This document shows positions 57,142 through 64,000 of a stretch of DNA of 64,000 bases, one piece after another. Within the stretch, counting starts at the first letter, position 1, and each line of letters opens with the position of its first letter. Made by a program: the position numbers and the translations under genes. Origin of the DNA: a virus (Duplodnaviria; Caudoviricetes); the IMG/VR virus record IMGVR_UViG_2667527664_000002, positions 15,911 through 79,910 of that record. One strand, given 5' to 3'. The notes under the pieces are model-generated. The model was given only the letters and a program-made list of their open reading frames with translations, searched no databases and had not been told where the DNA came from.

Positions 57142-57972
57142 TTAGTTTGTTTCTATAGATGTTTGTCCATCTTCATCTTCCTTTATCTCAAAGTTAGCTT
57201 CTATAGATTCCGTTTCATCAAATACTAAACTCATATCTTCATCTATTTTTGTCTTAACTGTTTCATCTGAACTGACTGCTCTTTGCATTTCTATGCTTAA
57301 TGGAGCATATTTTAAAAGTTGTTTTATAACTGTTTTCTTTGCCATTGCATCAAAGTCAGTTTGCCAAGGTCCATTATTAAATGTTTTACTCTTGCTCTTT
57401 GCATGAGTTAATATTTCATCCTTTGTCATGAATATAAAGCTATGGCCTTCAGTGTCTAAATGGTAAACTGCATAGTATCCTATGACTTCGCCCCTGTCAC
57501 CTTTTAGTACTGGTTCATGTATTAAATCTTGATGTAGTCCATACTTAACTTCAAACTTGTCATTTTCTCTTACTTCATGTGCATATAAAGTTTTTATCTT
57601 ACCACTTCTTAGTGCTAATTCTAGTAACCCTTTGTATCCAACTTGAAATTGAACCTTATTTCCATATGGTATTAAGTAAGCTTGTCCTAAAGGTGTATTT
57701 GGCTCTAATCCTAATTGTGCTGAGTCCATCATTGCAGCTAAGAAACTCATAGGCTCACAATTTAAGAATTTAGGATTACTCCCAAAAGCAGTTAATGCTA
57801 CCCTTTGGAATCTCTCACTTGACATATGTTCTGGTAAAGCTTTCTTTATTTGGCCTGCCATTTGTGTCATTAACTGTTCCATTGCTTTATTTGGACTAAC
57901 CTTCTTTACTGTTGTTGATCCTGTCGCTTTATTTGCTAATTTATTTTTTAAATCACTCATTTCATCTACCAT
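57142..57972 (-). CDS. recT: RecT single-strand annealing protein
   Basis: AQLGLEP...GQAYLIPY, GYKG and MAKKTV. Confidence 0.95.
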   Translation of the reverse strand: MVDEMSDLKNKLANKATGSTTVKKVSPNKAMEQLMTQMAGQIKKALPEHMSSERFQRVALTAFGSNPKFLNCEPMSFLAAMMDSAQLGLEPNTPLGQAYLIPYGNKVQFQVGYKGLLELALRSGKIKTLYAHEVRENDKFEVKYGLHQDLIHEPVLKGDRGEVIGYYAVYHLDTEGHSFIFMTKDEILTHAKSKSKTFNNGPWQTDFDAMAKKTVIKQLLKYAPLSIEMQRAVSSDETVKTKIDEDMSLVFDETESIEANFEIKEDEDGQTSIETN

Positions 57973-57983
57973 CCTTTTCTAAT

Positions 57984-58967
57984 TTATTTTCCTATTCTAA
58001 AAGCTCTTGAAGTACTTGTTTTAGTATATTGTGCTGCTATATCTGGCATTTCAGATTTAAGCTTTTTACTATCTATTGAATTCCTACTTGAAGTTTTCCA
58101 AGTTATTTTTCTATCACCTATTTTTGCAACTTCAAAATCTTCCATATGAAGTTGTATTTCCTGTTCTATCAGTTTCTTTTCAGTTTCTAAGGCTTTTATA
58201 TCTGTGACTATCTCATCATATCTTAAAAGCTTTTGAGGACCATCTTTTAATAAATGAAGTTCTATTTCTTGTCCATTTGACTTTTTATACTTTTCTTTTA
58301 AATATTCTGAATACGCATCTGATCCATCTGGTAAAGGAACTATATCTTTTAATATGTTCTCTTCCCAAAACTCTTTTTCTATTTTCATAAGATAGTCTAT
58401 TGTTTCTTGATCTCTTTCTATCTTGTGCCATATAAAATCACTATTTCCTATTAAAGCTGCTATATAGCAATGTGTTGCTCCTGTTATGGCCATATAGTGT
58501 AGGCATTGTATTTCATAATGTGGTGGTACTCCATCTTTCCATTCTTTAAGTGCAAATGAATTAGTTGTCTTACATTCCAAGAATGCTTTTTCTCCTACTA
58601 TAGCTCTATCTATGTTAGCTAGTGCAAATGGATATTTTTCATTTTTAAGTATTCCATTTACATTTCTTAATTTTAATCCAGTTTCTTCTGTAAATAATTC
58701 AGCAACTAATCCTTCTAACCTGTTACCTAACTCCATTCTTAATGACTTAATCTCGTGTGGATTTTCTTCTTTCTTATCCATATACAGTTGAATTGAACTT
58801 TTCCAAGGATTTAATCCTGCTATTGCAGATACATCACTTCCACCTATTCCTGCTTGTCTATTTTTAAGCCATTCCTCTTTTGACATAGCTTTTGTATCTG
58901 CTATAACCTTTGCATCTAGGTATTTTCTAAACTTTTTATTTTGAGATAGTATTGCAACTTCGCTCAT
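57984..58967 (-). CDS. YqaJ-like exonuclease
   Basis: WL..R..GIGGSD, ANID, LECKT, Y.IQ..HY. Confidence 0.95.
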   Translation of the reverse strand: MSEVAILSQNKKFRKYLDAKVIADTKAMSKEEWLKNRQAGIGGSDVSAIAGLNPWKSSIQLYMDKKEENPHEIKSLRMELGNRLEGLVAELFTEETGLKLRNVNGILKNEKYPFALANIDRAIVGEKAFLECKTTNSFALKEWKDGVPPHYEIQCLHYMAITGATHCYIAALIGNSDFIWHKIERDQETIDYLMKIEKEFWEENILKDIVPLPDGSDAYSEYLKEKYKKSNGQEIELHLLKDGPQKLLRYDEIVTDIKALETEKKLIEQEIQLHMEDFEVAKIGDRKITWKTSSRNSIDSKKLKSEMPDIAAQYTKTSTSRAFRIGK

Positions 58968-59046
58968 AATATGTTATCCTCCTATTAGTTTTTGTTTGGA
59001 TTTAAGAACTCATTTTAAGTTTGGTCGCTTATGAGTTCTTATTTTT

Positions 59047-59373
59047 TTATACAATTTGCTTATTCTCAATATCTCTTTTTTCAAGCATTTCACTTGACCA
59101 CGAAATTTTTCTTTTAAGTATCTCTATCTCTGCATCTTTATAATTTAATAAATCATCTAATGCCCTAATTACACTGTTATTTTCTTTAATTGTATTTTCT
59201 AATTTAAATTTTTTATCTTCTAGCATTTTTATATCAATTAAAAGACCCTCTTGATATCTGTTGTATCTCTTTCTTGATACCGGTATTAAATTCCTTAAAA
59301 ATTTAAACATGCTCATTTCCTCCTGTGCTTGTCCTAATTTATTTAAACTCAAGAGCTTAAGCCCTTTGAGCAT
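59047..59373 (-). CDS. Hypothetical coiled-coil protein
   Basis: ORF in early operon. Confidence 0.55.
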   Translation of the reverse strand: MLKGLKLLSLNKLGQAQEEMSMFKFLRNLIPVSRKRYNRYQEGLLIDIKMLEDKKFKLENTIKENNSVIRALDDLLNYKDAEIEILKRKISWSSEMLEKRDIENKQIV

Positions 59374-59377
59374 AATA

Positions 59378-59581
59378 TTATTTCTTAATCTCTAGCTTGC
59401 CTTCTTTGTATAATCTTTTAGCTATTTTGTAGTTAACTCTTGCAATTCTATCAAGTATATATTGAATTTCTTCTTCTGTTTGTTTTCTCCCAAGTCTTAC
59501 TTCTGGAGAGATCATTTCAATAGTTCCATGCTCTGTTTCTGCAATAGTTCCATATTCTGTTTCTCTTCTTTTAGTAGCCAT
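59378..59581 (-). CDS. Hypothetical early protein
   Basis: GGAGG RBS; ORF. Confidence 0.6.
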   Translation of the reverse strand: MATKRRETEYGTIAETEHGTIEMISPEVRLGRKQTEEEIQYILDRIARVNYKIAKRLYKEGKLEIKK

Positions 59582-59628
59582 AATTTCAACCTCCCTATAT
59601 ATAAATCATATGAATTTCTAAAATTGTC

Positions 59629-59823
59629 CTATTCTAGAATTATGTTTTTAACATCTACCCCTAAAGCCTTGGCTATCTTGCCTGCTGTAGATGGTCTCAC
59701 TGCTATTTCATTGTTCAATGCTTTTGATATTGTTTGTCTTGCTAATCCTGTTCTTTCTGCAATTTCATTAATTGAATGTCCACTTCTAATTACTTCTATT
59801 TTTAATGATTTTAAATCTAATTT
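59629..59823 (-). pseudogene. Cro-like HTH gene lacking a start codon
   Basis: KLDLKSLKIEVIRSGHSINEIAERTGLARQTISKAL...KIAKALGVDVKNIILE*; in-frame stop just upstream and no ATG/RBS. Confidence 0.7.
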
Positions 59824-59934
59824 ATCTTGTTTTTAGTATTTTTCAAAAATTCTAATTTTTTCTACTTTTTTCTACAAATTTTTGTTATAATTTAATTAGG
59901 TTAACACCTAAATAAATCGAAAGGTTGTGGTTTT

Positions 59935-60207
59935 ATGAATCATTCTACTGAAAGTTTTTTTAATACTTCAAATATTAAAACTATACTACATCTTCATTCA
60001 GGTAAATCTATAGAAATCCCTAGTTTAGAAAGCATAAGCTACGCTGCAAAAGATAGCACTTTAGATGAACCTATTATTTATTCTTTAGAAAATTTAGATA
60101 CGTTCTCTTTAAATAATAAAACTTTTATTAATTTTTCAGGTAGAAGTAAATCTATATCAATTAATGCTTCTGAAATAAAATACATTGAATTTTGCAAAAC
60201 ATTTTGA
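59935..60207 (+). CDS. Inserted hypothetical moron
   Basis: Opposite strand; extended -10 TGTTATAAT upstream. Confidence 0.6.
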   Translation: MNHSTESFFNTSNIKTILHLHSGKSIEIPSLESISYAAKDSTLDEPIIYSLENLDTFSLNNKTFINFSGRSKSISINASEIKYIEFCKTF

Positions 60208-60302
60208 TTTTATTATTAATCTAACTATTACCTGCTCTTTAATTTACTATTTCAGAGCAGTTTTCTATTTAAATTCTATTGTTATTTTTATACTATTAAC
60301 TC

Positions 60303-61043
60303 CTAAGTCCACTGGCTCTTTAATTTATTTATAAAATATACTTGCCCTTTTCCAGTAACCTTTGGTGTCTTACTTATACTTATATGTCCATCTGAGTGAT
60401 TTATTGTAGTTTCTTTTATCTCAAATAATCCTTGTTCCATTGATTTTTGAGTTGGCATATTGTAATCTGCACCTTTTCTCTTTATTAAATATCCATTATT
60501 TCTTAACCACTCAAAAAATCTCTTTTGACCTGTATCTATTCCATTTTGCTTTAATATCTTTGCTAGTTCTCCTACTAATATAGATGTATGACTGGCACTT
60601 ACAGCATCTGCAAATATTGCTTTTGGCTTTAGTTCTTCATTCTCTATTTGCAATTTATCTATTTTTTTATTTGCTAATATCAAAGCTCTTGCCATTACCT
60701 TTTCTGGACTATTCCACTCTTTCTCTACTTGCAAAAAATATCGTCTTGCTTGCTTTCCTTTATCACTTCTTTGTATCATTGCTATTTCTTTTGCCATATC
60801 AATTGTCAGTTCGTAGTCTTGTAATTCTTGTTTTGCTAGGGTGTTAAAAACTTTACGCCCTCTATAATCTTGATTTTCTTCAAATCCATATTGTAATTGT
60901 CTATTAAACCAATTATTAAATCTTTCTGAAACTTCTAAAAAACTATGTAACCCTCTAGCGCTTAAAATTGGTTCTTGATTTTCGTTAATTTCAATTCTTA
61001 TTGGCATTATATTCTTATTCATTGTTTGTTCTAAATTGTTCAT
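60303..61043 (-). CDS. AntA/AntB-KilAC antirepressor
   Basis: SAR.LH.FLEV, DMAKEIAM, KVTGKGQ.YF. Confidence 0.95.
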   Translation of the reverse strand: MNNLEQTMNKNIMPIRIEINENQEPILSARGLHSFLEVSERFNNWFNRQLQYGFEENQDYRGRKVFNTLAKQELQDYELTIDMAKEIAMIQRSDKGKQARRYFLQVEKEWNSPEKVMARALILANKKIDKLQIENEELKPKAIFADAVSASHTSILVGELAKILKQNGIDTGQKRFFEWLRNNGYLIKRKGADYNMPTQKSMEQGLFEIKETTINHSDGHISISKTPKVTGKGQVYFINKLKSQWT

Positions 61044-61062
61044 TATCTCACCCTCTCTATTC

Positions 61063-61315
61063 CTTGCATCATATGCAAGTTTTAATTTAAAAAAATATCT
61101 ATTTTTTCTTCGTCTGTAAAGTTTAATATTTTTGATATTTTTTTTATTTCATCAATATAGAACCTATTCTTACCATTTATTTTATTATTAAATGTTGTTA
61201 CACTCATTCCAATCATAGAGGAAAATTCATCATATGTTATATTATTTTCTCTAAGCTTGCCTTTAACTTTATCTAGCTTCATATATTCGCCTCCTTTTCT
61301 TGCATCACATGCAAG
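61063..61315. promoter_or_regulatory. Operators CTTGCAT-N3-ATGCAAG
   Basis: At 61063-61079 and 61299-61315, flanking cro. Confidence 0.75.
61082..61282 (-). CDS. Cro-like HTH regulator
   Basis: XRE HTH divergent from the repressor. Confidence 0.85.
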   Translation of the reverse strand: MKLDKVKGKLRENNITYDEFSSMIGMSVTTFNNKINGKNRFYIDEIKKISKILNFTDEEKIDIFLN

Positions 61316-61457
61316 TTATGCTTTAATAGTAATCTCATTTTTATCAATTGTCAATACTTTTGTGCAAGTTTTTTTTATTTTTGATTAATTTTTCTTGCAT
61401 CCTATTAAAGTTTACTATAATATATAATTAAAATTACTATTTTAAGGAGTTGTTGAA

Positions 61458-61937
61458 ATGACTGATTTCAATACAGATGTAGGTCTCAAAATTTTCAATG
61501 CTAGAAAAAATTTAAAAATGTCTAGGGCTGATTTAGGAAAAAAAGTAAACTTGCACGAAAGTACTATAAAGAGATATGAGGATGGGCATATAAAAAGTTT
61601 AGATATTGAAAAACTTAAAGAGTTCGCAAATGCTTTAGATATATCACCCGTATATTTAATGGGTTGGGAAGATGTTAATAATAAAAATGTACATATAAAA
61701 AATAAAGATACTATATCTATTAAAGAACGTAAATTACTAAATAGTTTTAATAATCTTAATGAAACTGGAAAAGATGAAGCAATTAAAAGAGTTTCTGAAT
61801 TAACTCTTATTCCTTCTTACATAAAAGAACAACCAGCCTCTGAAATAAAAACAATCGCTGCTCACAATGACCATTTAACTGAGCATGGTGAAATGGATAA
61901 AATTATGCAAGACATAGAAGATATGGATAATTGGTAA
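61458..61937 (+). CDS. CI/ImmR-like repressor
   Basis: XRE HTH, YLMGW; C-terminal TIAAH motif. Confidence 0.9.
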   Translation: MTDFNTDVGLKIFNARKNLKMSRADLGKKVNLHESTIKRYEDGHIKSLDIEKLKEFANALDISPVYLMGWEDVNNKNVHIKNKDTISIKERKLLNSFNNLNETGKDEAIKRVSELTLIPSYIKEQPASEIKTIAAHNDHLTEHGEMDKIMQDIEDMDNW

Positions 61938-61944
61938 AAGCTAG

Positions 61945-62430
61945 GTGAATTATGTGAATATATATGAGGAATTACAACAAGAGGCATATGAGAATAATAT
62001 AATTTTAAAAGAGGTTGCTCTTAAATCTAATTCTGATGGGTTATATTATGATGGGAAAATTGCTATTAATAAAAATAGATTAACTTCAAATAAAGAAAAA
62101 GCTTGTGTACTAGCTGAAGAACTAGCTCATCATTATACAAGCTATGGAAATATATTAGATTTAGACGATATATCAAATTGTAAACAGGAATATAAAGCTA
62201 GATTGGTTTCTTATGACAAACTAATTGGATTGAATGGACTTATTGATGCATGGAAAAACCGTTGCAGATCTAAAGAAGAAATAGCTGAGTTTTTAGATAT
62301 TACTATTCCGTTTTTAGATGAAGCTCTTGAATGTTATAAAAATAAATATGGTATATCAGTTAAAATTGATAATTATACTATTTATTTTATTCCTAGCTTT
62401 ATTATAAGTGAGTTTGTAGACATATTTTAA
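61945..62430 (+). CDS. ImmA/IrrE-like metallopeptidase
   Basis: LAEELAHHYTS.G and KQE..AR. Confidence 0.85.
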   Translation: MNYVNIYEELQQEAYENNIILKEVALKSNSDGLYYDGKIAINKNRLTSNKEKACVLAEELAHHYTSYGNILDLDDISNCKQEYKARLVSYDKLIGLNGLIDAWKNRCRSKEEIAEFLDITIPFLDEALECYKNKYGISVKIDNYTIYFIPSFIISEFVDIF

Positions 62431-62470
62431 TATAATATTATATTTACTTAGTTAAAGGCGGCGATAAAAT

Positions 62471-64000
62471 ATGAAAACTTGTATTTACTTAAGAAAGTCA
62501 CGTTCAGATGAAGAAGCTGAAAAACAATGTGAATTTGAAACTTTAAGTAGACATAGATCTACTCTACTAAAAGTAGCAAAAGAACAAAATTTAAATATAG
62601 TAGAAATAAAAGAAGAACTAGTATCTGGTGAAAGCATTGCTTATAGACCTAAAATGTTAGAACTTTTAGAGGAAGTAAAAAATGGTTTCTATGATTCTGT
62701 ATTAGTTATGGATATAGATAGACTTGGTAGAGGTAACATGCAGGACCAAGGCCTTATACTTGAAACTTTTAAAAAGTCAGCTACTAAAATTATAACGCCT
62801 AGAAAAACATATGATTTAAATAATGAGTGGGATGAAGAATACTCTGAATTTGAAGCATTTATGGCTCGTAAAGAACTTAAACTTATAACTAGACGTATGC
62901 AAAGAGGTAGAGTTAAAAGTGTTGAAGAAGGAAAATTTATAGCTAGTAAGCCCCCTTATGGATATAAATTTGTATTTGATGAGTCTGGAAATAAATCTAT
63001 GGTTATAGATGAAGATAAAGCAGAAGTTGTTAGAATGATATTTGATTTATATGTTAATAAACATTATGGTGGCGTTAAAATAGCAACTCACTTAAACTCT
63101 TTAGGTCTAAAAACAACTACAGGTAGAACTTGGTATGATAAAGGTGTTAGAGATATATTAAAAAATAAAACTTATGCAGGGTATGTTGTATGGAATAAAG
63201 TTGAGAGAGGAAAAAACAGCTCTAAAACTAGACCTATAGATGAGCGTATTGAAGCCAAAGGAATTCATGAACCTATAATAGATGAATCTATATTTTTAGA
63301 AGCTCAAAGTTTATTTAAATCAAATTTCATACCTTCTACTAAACAACATTCAACTATAACTAATCCCCTAGCCGGCCTAATAGTTTGCTCTGAATGTGGT
63401 CATAGAATGATAGCTCAACAGTCAACTTATAAAAATAAAGAAATAGTTAAATTTGTTAAGTGCTTAAACTGTGGTAAAAATAGAGGTATCCGACTTGATA
63501 TTTTAGAAAAAGATATAATCAATGAGCTTGCAGACTGGGTGGATTCTTATAATGTTTCAATTAAAGATTTAGATTCTAACAAAAACAAAAATCCAAATTT
63601 AGAATCTTACTACTCTATTATAAAATCACTCGAATCTGAATATCAAACCTTAATGAAACAAAAGGAAAATTTACATAACTTATTAGAGCAAGGAATTTAT
63701 GATGTAGATACATATTTAGATAGATCCAAGATTCTAACAGATAAAATTGATTTAAATAGATCTAGTTTATCTCAGGCTAAGAAAGATTTAGAAAATGAAA
63801 AAGAATCAGTGTTCTCTATAGCAGATATAATACCTCAAATTAAAAAAGTATTAGAATTATATTATCAAAGCAATGATATGCAAGAAAGAAATGAGTTGCT
63901 AAAAGAAGTTATTGATTACATAGACTATAGTAGAGAGCCTAAAAAAAGAACTTCAAGATTTAATATAAAAATATACCCAAGGTTAATAAAAAATAAGTAA
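62471..64000 (+). CDS. Large serine recombinase (integrase of prophage 2)
   Basis: YLRKSR, DRLGRG, C..CG zinc ribbon, coiled coil. Confidence 0.95.
   Translation: MKTCIYLRKSRSDEEAEKQCEFETLSRHRSTLLKVAKEQNLNIVEIKEELVSGESIAYRPKMLELLEEVKNGFYDSVLVMDIDRLGRGNMQDQGLILETFKKSATKIITPRKTYDLNNEWDEEYSEFEAFMARKELKLITRRMQRGRVKSVEEGKFIASKPPYGYKFVFDESGNKSMVIDEDKAEVVRMIFDLYVNKHYGGVKIATHLNSLGLKTTTGRTWYDKGVRDILKNKTYAGYVVWNKVERGKNSSKTRPIDERIEAKGIHEPIIDESIFLEAQSLFKSNFIPSTKQHSTITNPLAGLIVCSECGHRMIAQQSTYKNKEIVKFVKCLNCGKNRGIRLDILEKDIINELADWVDSYNVSIKDLDSNKNKNPNLESYYSIIKSLESEYQTLMKQKENLHNLLEQGIYDVDTYLDRSKILTDKIDLNRSSLSQAKKDLENEKESVFSIADIIPQIKKVLELYYQSNDMQERNELLKEVIDYIDYSREPKKRTSRFNIKIYPRLIKNK

Larger units (their letters stand above)
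24676..64000 (-). mobile_element. Prophage 2 (near complete; SPP1/A118-like siphovirus)
   Basis: Lysis, tail, head, packaging, replication, lysogeny and integrase genes in order. Confidence 0.95.

Noticed and set aside
98-60847. Many ORF-track entries antisense to or inside real genes (e.g. 98..280, 2498..2884, 4418..4708, 25503..25982, 27398..27700, 44877..45323, 59462..59836)
   Set aside because: Shadow frames of well-supported genes on the opposite strand, with no RBS or family motifs.

Overview
Very AT-rich Firmicutes DNA, probably clostridial (Peptostreptococcaceae-like, inferred from protein style). The window holds two co-oriented prophages separated by only ~2.6 kb of host DNA. Prophage 1 (<1..~22089) has an HK97-type cos head module and a large serine recombinase. 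It is inserted in the H-loop of a NitT/TauT (YtlC-like) ABC ATPase gene. Prophage 2 (~24676..>64000) has an SPP1/A118-type head module and a different serine recombinase. It is inserted in the substrate-binding gene (YtlA-like) of the same transporter. The permease (YtlD-like) and a nitroreductase lie intact between them. Prophage 1 cargo: a GNAT-PUA/P-loop kinase/ASCH/ASCH cassette with an SOS-box promoter, a Mn-catalase with a sigF-like promoter, a tyrosine recombinase with adjacent paired inverted-repeat sites, a lipoprotein moron, and an HNH packaging nuclease with a premature stop. Prophage 2 cargo: a MuF-deaminase toxin plus immunity gene, a NACHT NTPase, a pre-pro-bacteriocin-like gene plus a small membrane protein, and a palindrome-regulated micro-operon. 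Both phages share a structured late-leader RNA containing a tRNA-like element with a degenerate anticodon arm. All family assignments come from motif recognition; no searches were run.
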